The translations under genes were made by a program, and so were the position numbers. Under the pieces are notes generated by a model that made no database searches, was not told the origin of the DNA, and saw only the letters and a list, made by a program, of their open reading frames with translations. DNA of 64,000 nucleotides. Source: a virus. Its lineage: Duplodnaviria > Heunggongvirae > Uroviricota > Caudoviricetes. The stretch lies in IMG/VR virus record IMGVR_UViG_3300025575_000276. The stretch is one strand, 5' to 3'. Shown piece after piece: positions 10,779 to 19,532 of the stretch. Position 1 is the first letter of the stretch; each line of letters starts with the position of its first letter.

Positions 10779-10933
10779 TCCTTCTTCATATTTGGCATCC
10801 CCTTTTTCATATCGGGCATACCTTTTTTCAAAGGAAAAACCTTCTTACCTGTGGCGTGAGTGGGGATTGGTTTCTTCTTACCACCGCACTTTAGATTTTC
10901 TTCTCTCTTTTTAATCTGTTCGCTGATGTTCAT
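10776..10933 (-). CDS. small Lys-rich protein of about 52 aa
   Basis: I called this manually. The ORF reads MNISEQIKKREENLKCGGKKKP... and ends in an ATGTTAA overlap with the next gene's start. Confidence 0.3.
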
Positions 10934-11138
10934 GTTTCAGAAATTTAGATCGTTGTAATTTTTTTTACACGAATTTGTATTGTAATATAATAAAGTTTTA
11001 ATATATTTGCAAACAATAAAACGCTTCCACCGAAAGTAATTTCACAAGGGGTAACGTGATTACAACTTAACAAGCTGAACATAAGCGAAGAACACTATAA
11101 TATTTCATCTTCCAGTTATACTAAATAACAAACAAAAG
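10934..11138. promoter_or_regulatory. divergent promoter region between the minus-strand late block and the plus-strand early block
   Basis: This is an AT-rich 200-nt gap with 'TATATTTGCAAAC' at about 10995. That matches the Bacteroidota sigma-A -7 consensus TAnnTTTG. Confidence 0.45.
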
Positions 11139-11411
11139 ATGAAAACACTCAAGAATAAAAAGGTCTACATTGAAGCTTCTTCAGAAGGGGAGCGAAAACT
11201 TAGTGTCCAAACTAATGATCCAAGGGACTTCCCTTGCGAAGGTATGTGTCTGGACAATGTGAAACTATCCACCGAGATCACAAATGCAGAGGACATCTCT
11301 AACATAGAGAACCTGTTAAGGAAACTACGTCCCTGCTTCACTCCGGTTCCGTATAAAATTATGGAGACTCTTGGAGTAAAGGTCATTAACCCAATCCCAC
11401 AGAGAGGATGA
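11139..11411 (+). CDS. hypothetical protein
   Basis: The ORF is 90 aa and is the first plus-strand gene. Confidence 0.45.
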   Translation: MKTLKNKKVYIEASSEGERKLSVQTNDPRDFPCEGMCLDNVKLSTEITNAEDISNIENLLRKLRPCFTPVPYKIMETLGVKVINPIPQRG

Positions 11412-11581
11412 GCGCTTATTGTGTCGAGTGTTTACATGAATTTCCTGAGGATGAAGTTGTAAAACTATGTGAGTTGCAGGAATCGGGCATAAAGGTGATC
11501 CCTGAAAATAAGGTTGAACACTGCACAATGAATCAATCCTGTTGCGGTCTCCCACTTACACTAAACAGATTTACAAATGAT
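11408..11581 (+). CDS. small zinc-ribbon-like protein of about 57 aa
   Basis: I called this manually. The ORF reads MSAYCVECLHEF...CTMNQSCCGL and has an ATGA start/stop overlap with the upstream gene. Confidence 0.35.
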
Positions 11582-11756
11582 TAGAATTCCCAAGTTAGCA
11601 AAGAACACACTAAAGTCAACGTTTGTCCTATTTCTATTAGTAGTTTGGTTGGCTGCCTGTATCTACAGTGTAAACCACCGCAAGCCCCCGACACAACGTA
11701 GTTGCACATGTAACTGTTGTAACTGTAACAATATAAATCACTAATAATCAAACATA

Positions 11757-12119
11757 ATGACAGGAAACAATACCCACAAAGAATACGTTGATCGTATTGC
11801 CAAAGTTTGCCACGATGCAAACAAATCTTTTTGTGAAGTACATGGAGATAATTCCCAGTTGCCTTGGGAGGAAGCCCCTGAGTGGCAGAAGGAAAGTATG
11901 AGATTGGGAGTTAACTTTACTTTAAGCAATCCTGATGCTCCAGTTGATGCTCAACATAATGCTTGGCTCGAACACAAAGTCAAGAAAGGTTGGGTCTACG
12001 GTGTAGCAAAGGACTCAGAACGTAAGACACATCCCTGTATTGTTTCTTATAATATGCTACCTAGGTATCAACAAGTTAAAGACATGCTATCAAGATCAAT
12101 CGTAAACTCCTTAAAGTAA
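11757..12119 (+). CDS. RyR-domain protein
   Basis: The segment 'AQHNAWLEHKVKKGWVYGVAKDSERKTHPCIVSYNMLP' matches the RyR-domain consensus, with a W...GW.YG core and 'k.hP.lv.y..Lp'. Confidence 0.55.
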   Translation: MTGNNTHKEYVDRIAKVCHDANKSFCEVHGDNSQLPWEEAPEWQKESMRLGVNFTLSNPDAPVDAQHNAWLEHKVKKGWVYGVAKDSERKTHPCIVSYNMLPRYQQVKDMLSRSIVNSLK

Positions 12120-12123
12120 AACC

Positions 12124-12438
12124 ATGAAAGTAAACATTCCCGGCCATAACTATGAGTTGGCCAACTTCGAAAACAAAGAAGCACAAGGTCAGATCCTTCA
12201 GTTCATTCAGAAGGAACCAATTTCACCCGGTTCATCCGAACTAGTAACAATCCATGACGGTACTACCAATGAGGAAGTACTGAAAGTTTTAATCAATCGT
12301 ATGGAGTCTCTACAGGCAAAGTTCCCCTGTCGTGAGAATGCACTTGCCCTGACACACATGGAGGAATCCCTGATGTGGTTGGATAAGCGGACTGCTGATC
12401 GCCTGAAGAGAAATGTTGAAGGTAAACAACTTGTATAA
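12124..12438 (+). CDS. hypothetical protein
   Basis: The ORF is 104 aa. Confidence 0.45.
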   Translation: MKVNIPGHNYELANFENKEAQGQILQFIQKEPISPGSSELVTIHDGTTNEEVLKVLINRMESLQAKFPCRENALALTHMEESLMWLDKRTADRLKRNVEGKQLV

Positions 12439-12441
12439 GTT

Positions 12442-12894
12442 ATGTCAAGCCCAATACAACATGAAGGAGGGGATATTGCTTGGCCCAAAACACCACAAGC
12501 ATTTGTAGGTGGGGAACTCCTAACAATCACATTGGCTGAACCATATTATAATCCTAATTACTTTAATATTAAATACAAAGCACCAATCATTATGAATGCA
12601 AAAGAAGCAAAAGCACTAGCGTTACAAACGCAACAGACATCACAGAACTCAGAGATTAATGCAGCACTAGAGGCTATCAGTGTTGAAGCAACGGCAGGTA
12701 AACTGTCCAAGACATTCACATCCAACCTTAGTGATGTAGTTGTAACAGCTTTGAAAGAAGCCGGGTTCGCAGTATTCCAACATACCATTATGGAAGAGTT
12801 ACAACTTGCTAGTCCTAGCACTACAGTAAGTTGGGCAGATGCAGTTCCTACTGGGTTCTTTGCAAAACTCTGGGCACTGCTGTCAGGTAAATAA
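12442..12894 (+). CDS. hypothetical protein
   Basis: The ORF is 150 aa. Confidence 0.45.
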   Translation: MSSPIQHEGGDIAWPKTPQAFVGGELLTITLAEPYYNPNYFNIKYKAPIIMNAKEAKALALQTQQTSQNSEINAALEAISVEATAGKLSKTFTSNLSDVVVTALKEAGFAVFQHTIMEELQLASPSTTVSWADAVPTGFFAKLWALLSGK

Positions 12895-12964
12895 TATTCC
12901 GGTTAATAATCGTTGGCAATGGTTGGGTATCTATCCGGCCATTGCCTTTTCTAATCTCCCACCA

Positions 12965-13264
12965 ATGAAAATAATAATCATCACACTGTCACTAATCGCC
13001 ACTCTGGAGTCTCTTACTGCAATGACATTTATCACTCTTTACGCACTCCTAAGTGATGCAAGGTGTACTATAGTTGATCGGAAACTTAAATGGTTCCTTC
13101 AACGTAATGTTATAAACAAGTCGTGGATATCAAGCTACAAGAAGATGGACATCAATAACTTTATTTATCAAAACATAAACTGTGGTACTCTGGGTTTTGT
13201 ATTTCTAATGTTGACATACTTTGACCTATACTTCCGTAGCATTTTACTCAACTTAATCAAGTAG
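12965..13264 (+). CDS. small membrane protein
   Basis: The ORF is hydrophobic, beginning MKIIIITLSLIATLESLTAMTFITLYALL. An internal ATG is the likely start. Confidence 0.35.
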   Translation: MKIIIITLSLIATLESLTAMTFITLYALLSDARCTIVDRKLKWFLQRNVINKSWISSYKKMDINNFIYQNINCGTLGFVFLMLTYFDLYFRSILLNLIK

Positions 13265-13292
13265 TATATTACACCGTTATAACATATTATCA

Positions 13293-13712
13293 ATGACAGA
13301 AACGTTTCCAAGAAAGAAGAGTATTTTAGACAGACTTATCGGCCCAGTTGGTACTCGCCAAAGAGATCTCTACGACAGACCTAGTGACCGTGGAGTGATC
13401 GATAGTGTTAGTTGTGGAATACCAATATCTTCAATCTCAAGAGTACGAGTTTGGAAAATTGAGATATACTCAACTTGGAAAAGTATGACAGCAGTATACT
13501 ACTCTGTTGGTGAGGACGAGATTGATATTAAGTACATTCGTGAAACAGTGGTCAAGAAGTACTGTCTTGACCCTGACAATACGTGCATTAATAGATGGTA
13601 TGAAGTAACCAGATGGGGAACCTCGGTAACCCCTACCCTTTCCAATGAAGAATGTATACGTCAAAAGATGGAAAGAGAGTACCGTGTTATTAACGAACCC
13701 TCACAAAACTAA
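13293..13712 (+). CDS. hypothetical protein
   Basis: The ORF is 139 aa. Confidence 0.45.
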   Translation: MTETFPRKKSILDRLIGPVGTRQRDLYDRPSDRGVIDSVSCGIPISSISRVRVWKIEIYSTWKSMTAVYYSVGEDEIDIKYIRETVVKKYCLDPDNTCINRWYEVTRWGTSVTPTLSNEECIRQKMEREYRVINEPSQN

Positions 13713-13901
13713 ACCTTTCCAAATATGATTATTGCAGTTGATTTTGCCGGCAACTGTACGTCACATGATTTCCCGAGTGCAAGGAAAGATGAAGAATGAA
13801 GCAATAGTTCTCCTGTATCTGCAAGTATAGGTAATAAAAAAATTTAGTATATATTTTTTGAGCGAGGGGTCACTATATAAAGACTCCCCCGGTGGTTTTC
13901 C

Positions 13902-14666
13902 ATGGGAAAGGTACCCAGTGCCCTTCCGTCCAAAATAAAAAGGAGATCCTCTTGGAAAAAATTCCGAATACAAAGGAGCTACAACTTCGTTGTATCTAAA
14001 CGTTACCTTCGGATGTCTAATTTAAAACCATTCATTATGACCACATTAAAAAAGAACCTAGAGTTCGATGCTTCATCACTGAAGCCATACCGTGATTCCA
14101 AATCAGTTGGCGGTATAAATCTACCTATCGGTAGACAAATCTTCATAGAAGGTGAAGATACTGAAACCCCAATGACTTGGGGCAAAAATGATTGCACTGG
14201 CATTATCCTTGATAACGGATACATAATGCCATTCCCTCAATTTCAGAGTTTTGTTATTGCAAGGGAAGGTATCTTGCATAACGTTAAAACTCCAATGGAG
14301 TGTGTCCTCGTTGATGAGGATGTAACTGTCGATGCGTACTTCACCGCATACTTCAAAAAGAACGGAAAGCATGTGCTTCCTGAAAGTGTAACTGCACGTT
14401 CACGTACTCCAAGAGGTATTAAAATCTCTGAAGTATCTGATACAATGCGTGACATTCTCATGGAAGCGAAAGTTCTTGATATGTTTGGCAGAAAGGGTGC
14501 CACATTCGAGATCGCCTATAAAGGTGTTGACGTTGTTCCTTGTGTGTTCAAGAAAACCAATGGCGAAGACGTATCCTATCGTAAATGGATAACGCACATC
14601 GTTGAACCGTTCATCGTTGACGAAGAGTCTTCAACCGAAGGCGATACCGACAACAAGACTGAATAA
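13902..14666 (+). CDS. tandem paralog A, a hypothetical protein with an acidic C-terminal tail
   Basis: The ORF is 254 aa. It shares the motifs REGILHNVK and VLPESV with the gene at 14975 and ends in 'DEESSTEGDTDNKTE'. 'GGGTCACTAT' lies about 35 nt upstream. Confidence 0.55.
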   Translation: MGKVPSALPSKIKRRSSWKKFRIQRSYNFVVSKRYLRMSNLKPFIMTTLKKNLEFDASSLKPYRDSKSVGGINLPIGRQIFIEGEDTETPMTWGKNDCTGIILDNGYIMPFPQFQSFVIAREGILHNVKTPMECVLVDEDVTVDAYFTAYFKKNGKHVLPESVTARSRTPRGIKISEVSDTMRDILMEAKVLDMFGRKGATFEIAYKGVDVVPCVFKKTNGEDVSYRKWITHIVEPFIVDEESSTEGDTDNKTE

Positions 14667-14671
14667 TCATA

Positions 14672-14699
14672 ACGCCTTGCAATGCCTCTGAAATACGAG
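14672..14699 (+). terminator. perfect 10-bp stem hairpin directly after paralog A
   Basis: The hairpin is GCAATGCCTC-tgaaatac-GAGGCATTGC. No clear U-tract follows. Confidence 0.35.
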
Positions 14700-14974
14700 G
14701 CATTGCTGTGTTACTGTGCAGTACGTGAATCTACGTGCTGTGCAGTTACATGCAGGGACCTGAGCTGCGAAGTATCGCATCTAAACGTCACGTTCCGGTG
14801 TGAGCTGCTTGCGCATCTAAACGTTACCTACGGACATCATTCGGCTCGTAGAGCCGATGTAAATTAAAGGTCGTATAGGCCGGCCCCAAAGGGGACGTAC
14901 CATTGTAACCACGGCTGCTTAAGAAGGGATTCTTAAGGGTCACTATTTTTATAATCTTTCAAAATCAAAAACAA

Positions 14975-15652
14975 ATGGCTATTACTATTTTAGCTCCCGA
15001 AATGTTCAAGGCTAACAAGCCAAACATCAATGCAAATCTTCGTCTACCTGCAAATGAGGACATCCTCATCATTGGTTTGGCTATTGACACAGACCACGAA
15101 ACTGGCTTTCAACATCAGCCATGGCAGAGTGCAGAGTCAGGTGAATGTCCTGTAGTTGATATCGAAGTATCAGGAAAGGCTCGTCAGATTCCTTTGCCAA
15201 TGTTGTTGAATTGCGTTATCATGTCCGAAGGGATTGTACACAACAAAGGCAACAAAGATCTGAAGTGTGTTGACTTTGCCGATCACCGTCTTGGTGATTA
15301 TCTTGGAGAGAAATTCAAGAACGGTGATGTTACATTACCAGAGAAGATCGTTGTTGTTGAGCGCATCATGAAAGGCTGGAAGGTTGAGAACATTGTCAAC
15401 AAAGACGCTTTCACTGAGGCGTTCTTCAAAGGTCTTGAGAAAGACGAGAAGGGTTTCAAAGCAGTTGTTCCTACGAACTTCAAAGAGTACGTAGCACAGG
15501 CTAAGACTGGCTGGATTCCTCAGTTGTTCTTGGGTGATGCTGGTAACAGTCGGTATGCTTTCACCTATGTCATTCAGCCTGTAAAGATTGAAGGCATTGA
15601 TGATGCTGACCCTAAGTCTGAAACCGAAACAACAGACGAAAAGAAAGACTAA
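14975..15652 (+). CDS. tandem paralog B, a hypothetical protein with an acidic C-terminal tail
   Basis: The ORF is 225 aa. It shares the motifs SEGIVHNKG and VTLPEKI with paralog A and ends in 'DDADPKSETETTDEKKD'. 'GGGTCACTAT' lies about 39 nt upstream. Confidence 0.6.
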   Translation: MAITILAPEMFKANKPNINANLRLPANEDILIIGLAIDTDHETGFQHQPWQSAESGECPVVDIEVSGKARQIPLPMLLNCVIMSEGIVHNKGNKDLKCVDFADHRLGDYLGEKFKNGDVTLPEKIVVVERIMKGWKVENIVNKDAFTEAFFKGLEKDEKGFKAVVPTNFKEYVAQAKTGWIPQLFLGDAGNSRYAFTYVIQPVKIEGIDDADPKSETETTDEKKD

Positions 15653-15682
15653 TCAGGTAAAATAATTTATCCCTGTTAGTTG

Positions 15683-15717
15683 AGAGGGCACTCTATAGGG
15701 TGCTCTCTTTCTTTTTA
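15683..15717 (+). terminator. intrinsic terminator
   Basis: The hairpin is GAGAGGGCAC-tctatag-GGTGCTCTCT, followed by TTTCTTTTT. Confidence 0.6.
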
Positions 15718-15739
15718 ATTTCCCTACACAATTATCACC

Positions 15740-15871
15740 ATGGAACATACCTACAGAGTAGTTTACATTCTTTGCGGAGTTATAGGCATAGTATTTGTTC
15801 TAGCCACAACATCCGTCAATGCAGCAGCAGACGTTGAAGGTCTTAAGATCTCCGTTGAGTTAGCTAAATAA
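15740..15871 (+). CDS. small hydrophobic protein of 43 aa
   Basis: I called this manually. The ORF reads MEHTYRVVYILCGVIGIVFVLATTSVNAAADVEGLKISVELAK and lies between two terminators. Confidence 0.3.
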   Translation: MEHTYRVVYILCGVIGIVFVLATTSVNAAADVEGLKISVELAK

Positions 15872-15947
15872 AAAACCTTTCCAAGTAACAGCTTTACCCA
15901 TAATGAATGGAGCTGTTGCCTATACCCTTAGACAAGGTGAAATGGTT

Positions 15948-15992
15948 TAAAGGGACAACCTGGCAAAAGCTGGGTTGCTCCCTTTCCTTTTA
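15948..15992 (+). terminator. intrinsic terminator
   Basis: The hairpin is AAAGGGACAACC...GGTTGCTCCCTTT, followed by CCTTTTAT. Confidence 0.5.
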
Positions 15993-16067
15993 TAGTCTCG
16001 GCCCGAAGGGACGCTTTAAATTGAAAGTTTAGCCATGTGGCTTTAACCATAACCAAATACCAATACA

Positions 16068-16265
16068 ATGAAAAATTTCTTAATGTTAATCTGTTTACTG
16101 CTGTTAACAGTAGTATCCTTTACTGCTTTTGCAGCAAGGCCAAAGAAGGTTCCAGTCGCTAAGTTCGCAATGAACATCAGGCCCAAGAAAGTTTCAAAGC
16201 CTAAAGCAACCTATGCCGTGAATATCGACAAACGTGGCCGGCCAAAGAAAACAGTAATGGCATAA
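16068..16265 (+). CDS. small secreted basic protein
   Basis: It has an N-terminal signal-like segment, MKNFLMLICLLLLTVVSFTAFA, followed by 'RPKK' repeats. Confidence 0.45.
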   Translation: MKNFLMLICLLLLTVVSFTAFAARPKKVPVAKFAMNIRPKKVSKPKATYAVNIDKRGRPKKTVMA

Positions 16266-16269
16266 CAAA

Positions 16270-17066
16270 TAAGTGAACGGTCCCGGTATATCCGGGGTTC
16301 GTTTTACTATATCACCAACACACAAGACATAATTGCTAGCTCTGTAGTTAGTTGACCGTGCTGCGATGATGTGGCCAGAGGAACATTATGTTTCAATGGT
16401 ACTAATCCCTAATCCTGATTGTCTATCAGGGTTGGCCTACGGGAGCACATAGCATTTAGGTTTGGCGACCTAGTTTCGTGTGTGTGAAACAGACCACAGC
16501 AGGAGGAACTTATGATCCCTCCTGTTTGTGGTTTAATACCTCACGGAACAAATAACATTGCCTAATGGCAATCAGGGTAAGTATACATCCTGCAACAGAA
16601 CAGTGAGTCTGTATTAAGAGTCAGTATCATGGCGAGCTGACGTTGGGAGGAGTAATTATCCTTTCGATATTTGCCAGAGTCCCGGCCAGAGTCTCTCATC
16701 ATTGAGAACTCCCGGCCATTGGATGATCATTGGGTCTCTTATTAGTGTCTCTCATTAGAGGGATCACAGAGAGTTTTTACAAGATTGGTACGTGGAAAAG
16801 TGTATATAGTATTATGTGGTATTTTCACGTACCAATTTCTTGAAATGTCTTGTTGTGAGAAAGATTTTGTGCGTGTCGTGCGAGCGGGAGCCATGCCTCG
16901 ATCACTCCTGTTTCTTCTCTCTAACACACGATCAATCTCAATCAACACGTTTCACTTATAAAAGAGTACCCCGACCCTGCAGGACACCTCTGTGCTGCTC
17001 TCGGGCTATAATGAGAGAAGGAATGTGAACCTGAGGGATGTTTTTCACACACTTTAATTATTACCT
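16270..17066. other. structured region of about 800 bp with few ORFs. It could be an ncRNA or an origin
   Basis: It holds several long imperfect hairpins, for example 16487-16536 and 16783-16828. It has 'CCCGGCCA' direct repeats, and an inverted copy (16746-16760) of the motif TAATGAGAGAAGGAA that occurs twice directly at 17008 and 17078. Confidence 0.4.
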
Positions 17067-17126
17067 TTGCCCCTCTCTAATGAGAGAAGGAACCAATCGA
17101 ACTTTAAACTAAAACAACTTATTAAA

Positions 17127-17339
17127 ATGAACTATGTAATGGAACTATCCCCAAACATGTTGGGTGTTGCTTTTATTGTATGCTCTATTGTCCTTAGTGC
17201 AATAATCAACTATGGGAGACTGTATAAGTGGAAATTTACACACTGGATTGAAGTTTCTTTGGGAGTCTTCGTATCTGTCATGTGTATTCTATTAGCGATA
17301 CAAGGAATGGACAACTTTCTATTAACCTTAATTCAATAA
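17127..17339 (+). CDS. small membrane protein
   Basis: The ORF begins MNYVMELSPNMLGVAFIVCSIVLSAII... Its leader AACTTATTAAAATGAA is shared with the gene at 18389. Confidence 0.45.
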   Translation: MNYVMELSPNMLGVAFIVCSIVLSAIINYGRLYKWKFTHWIEVSLGVFVSVMCILLAIQGMDNFLLTLIQ

Positions 17340-17343
17340 CTCT

Positions 17344-17724
17344 ATGAACATGAGTGAAACAATCCAAGACCTTTTGGTGAGACTTCGTAAGTCACAAAAG
17401 GAATTAACGGAAGTATCTCTGAACTACATTCAACGTGCTTTGGATACTCTGGGAGAAGAAGAGATGTTCTACTTCAGGAAGGAGTTGGACTATGATGGAA
17501 TTCTGTCTGAAGTGCGAGTGAAAGACCATGGAAGGTTGATCAATGGTATTCTTAAAGATGGAACTGTTATATTGAGACAGGAGTATGGGAACGAAGGAAA
17601 TGTCCACGATGGTATTAAGTTAACAGCTTTATCAATTGGACATTTGATCGAACTTATCAATGTTCTTGAAAAGGGTAACTTTAGAGTTATCAAGTGGAAT
17701 TTCCCAGTTAACAAACGCAATTAA
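17344..17724 (+). CDS. hypothetical protein
   Basis: The ORF is 126 aa. Confidence 0.5.
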   Translation: MNMSETIQDLLVRLRKSQKELTEVSLNYIQRALDTLGEEEMFYFRKELDYDGILSEVRVKDHGRLINGILKDGTVILRQEYGNEGNVHDGIKLTALSIGHLIELINVLEKGNFRVIKWNFPVNKRN

Positions 17725-17736
17725 ATATTTAAACCA

Positions 17737-17937
17737 ATGCTTGATAAAAACGGATATCCAATCGAAGTTGGAGATGCAGTATTAGTACCTGAACCTATTG
17801 ATGGTGATGATTTATGGAACTGTTCATTTATGGGAGTGGTTGATGGCTTTCGCTATGAAAACATTATTGTTGTTGACGGTGATGGTGATTATTTTGATAT
17901 TGACCCTGAACGTCTGGAAGTACAGGACAACGACTAA
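17737..17937 (+). CDS. small acidic protein
   Basis: The ORF is 66 aa and rich in Asp. Confidence 0.45.
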   Translation: MLDKNGYPIEVGDAVLVPEPIDGDDLWNCSFMGVVDGFRYENIIVVDGDGDYFDIDPERLEVQDND

Positions 17938-17941
17938 ACCT

Positions 17942-18310
17942 ATGACAACTCAAGAAATAGCAGAAGTCGAAAAAGGTTGGAATGGTTTATATGGGCCATG
18001 TTGTAATATCCAACACAGAATGACTGGAGATGTGGAATGGGAACACTGTCCATATCCAAGGTTCTTTGCAATAGAAGCTCTTGAATTTAGAGTAACACCA
18101 TTAGCTGAATTACCGGCAGGATCTGGTAAGAGTAGTGCGGTTGCTGATGAAATCAATAAGAGAAATGTTATTGAAAAAGCATACAATGGCCTTGAAGGAT
18201 CAGAGTCCAATATTGAATTCAAATTCGACAATGAGCCTGAAACTGCTTGGACTGCTGTTACGCCTAAGTGGAATTGGGTGTGGTGTAATTACAGAATTAA
18301 ACAAACTTAA
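17942..18310 (+). CDS. WNG/CNIQ repeat-domain protein with 2 repeats
   Basis: I took the start at the internal ATG. The repeats are 'GWNGLYGPCCNIQH...' and 'AYNGLEGSESNIEF...WNWVWCNYRIK'. Confidence 0.5.
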   Translation: MTTQEIAEVEKGWNGLYGPCCNIQHRMTGDVEWEHCPYPRFFAIEALEFRVTPLAELPAGSGKSSAVADEINKRNVIEKAYNGLEGSESNIEFKFDNEPETAWTAVTPKWNWVWCNYRIKQT

Positions 18311-18388
18311 AATCTTAATCAAACCACTATTGTAGTGATTGTGGTTTGATTTACACACATTAATCGTCAAACTAAAAAACTTATTAAA

Positions 18389-18706
18389 ATGAATGAAATT
18401 GCTGAAGCACCAGTACGATTGGTAGGTATGATGCGACCACACTTGAGTATCTCTCGACATGGATCGACTGTTCTTATTACCAACCATCCAAAGAATATGG
18501 GCAGGATAACTCTGTCTTTCTATGAGTTCTTTAATGACTATTGTGCTGAGGCATTTGTAGCTAAATTAGATCTCGTTTATGAGTTAGTAAAAGGCACAGA
18601 CTTTACTGCTGAAATAACTGAAAAGGCTTTTAAACTGAAGTACCACGGAGGATCAATATCAATGGTGGAAGTAAAATATCCTCTAAAATCTTTCAGAAGT
18701 GTTTAA
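18389..18706 (+). CDS. hypothetical protein
   Basis: The ORF is 105 aa. Confidence 0.5.
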   Translation: MNEIAEAPVRLVGMMRPHLSISRHGSTVLITNHPKNMGRITLSFYEFFNDYCAEAFVAKLDLVYELVKGTDFTAEITEKAFKLKYHGGSISMVEVKYPLKSFRSV

Positions 18707-18742
18707 AAGTCCTATATTTGCAACCTCAAATAATATTTCAAA

Positions 18743-18991
18743 ATGAATAGAATTGGAATCATTGGCCATGGTACTGTTGGAAGTATATGCCTTGCAAAGG
18801 AAGATCTCACTGATAAACTTATCCTTGTTATTGATGAAAAACGAAATTCAGATATTATGAAAGAGATACAGCAAAACGAGTCATTAGTTCTACGTAATAC
18901 TATAATGCCAATCTGTGAAATGCCCGGCTTTATGCCAGAAACTCGTGCAGAAAGAAGGGCTAAAGCACGTAAAAAAGCTAAGAAGAAATAA
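18743..18991 (+). CDS. hypothetical protein with a basic C-terminal tail
   Basis: The ORF is 82 aa and ends 'RAERRAKARKKAKKK'. 'TATATTTGCAA' lies upstream at about 18707. Confidence 0.45.
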   Translation: MNRIGIIGHGTVGSICLAKEDLTDKLILVIDEKRNSDIMKEIQQNESLVLRNTIMPICEMPGFMPETRAERRAKARKKAKKK

Positions 18992-19003
18992 ACTAACACA
19001 CAC

Positions 19004-19234
19004 ATGATAAAACCAGTTAAAACAGTAGTATTTGATGTCACACTAACCTTTAGTGATGAAATCTCCAATAAAGAAGCCATTAAAGAAGTCTTGGAAAAGA
19101 CTTTAAGTGCATTGGTACACGAGGTTAGTTCCGGTTGTGGACTTGCTCCAGAGGAAAATGGAGAGGGTTACACTGAAACAATTGAGATCCGGGAACCTAG
19201 TTCTGATCAGATCGTCAACCATAGGTTTATTTAA
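19004..19234 (+). CDS. hypothetical protein
   Basis: The ORF is 76 aa. Confidence 0.4.
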   Translation: MIKPVKTVVFDVTLTFSDEISNKEAIKEVLEKTLSALVHEVSSGCGLAPEENGEGYTETIEIREPSSDQIVNHRFI

Positions 19235-19241
19235 GGTGATT

Positions 19242-19532
19242 ATGTTCCATTCGGATGAACCAATCGATAAGATAGACATCCCTCAATCAATCACCGATGA
19301 AGTTATCCGCAGATACTTTGATAACAATCCTACTTGGCTTAAAGTTGTTGACCTGATGAAAAGGAACAAAGTTGAAGGTGAGTGGAATTGTAAGTTAGGT
19401 ATGAAAAGTAATATTCAACACAGGTCTAAGAAAGATGGTCCAGATGCTAAATGGTGGACTATCGGTGGACTAGTTGAAGTACCAATTTGGCAATGGCATG
19501 ATATGGATTTACGTATAAACCCTGAAATGTAA
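19242..19532 (+). CDS. WNG/CNIQ repeat-domain protein with 1 repeat
   Basis: I took the internal ATG after the stop of the 19004 gene. The repeat reads 'EGEWNCKLGMKSNIQHRS'. Confidence 0.45.
   Translation: MFHSDEPIDKIDIPQSITDEVIRRYFDNNPTWLKVVDLMKRNKVEGEWNCKLGMKSNIQHRSKKDGPDAKWWTIGGLVEVPIWQWHDMDLRINPEM

Noticed and set aside
1-10800. Possible stop-codon reassignment (TAG or TGA recoding) in the late genes, as seen in some gut Bacteroidota phages
   Set aside because: The structural genes are long, uninterrupted ORFs under the standard code (761, 748 and 397 aa). I could not find a suppressor anticodon (CUA, UCA or UUA) in the tRNA-like elements.
14682-14867. A 61-aa ORF in the GC-rich spacer between the tandem paralogs
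   Set aside because: It is Cys-rich and low complexity. It overlaps direct repeats that are decayed copies of the upstream gene's 5' coding region, so I read it as a pseudogenised duplicate fragment and not a gene.
16487-16555. A perfect AGGAGG Shine-Dalgarno sequence 7 nt before an ATG that starts a 17-codon ORF
   Set aside because: The AGGAGG is one arm of an 18-bp hairpin, pairing with CCTCCT downstream. Shine-Dalgarno sequences are essentially unused elsewhere in this genome. The ORF is tiny and I judge it to be an RNA structure rather than a gene.
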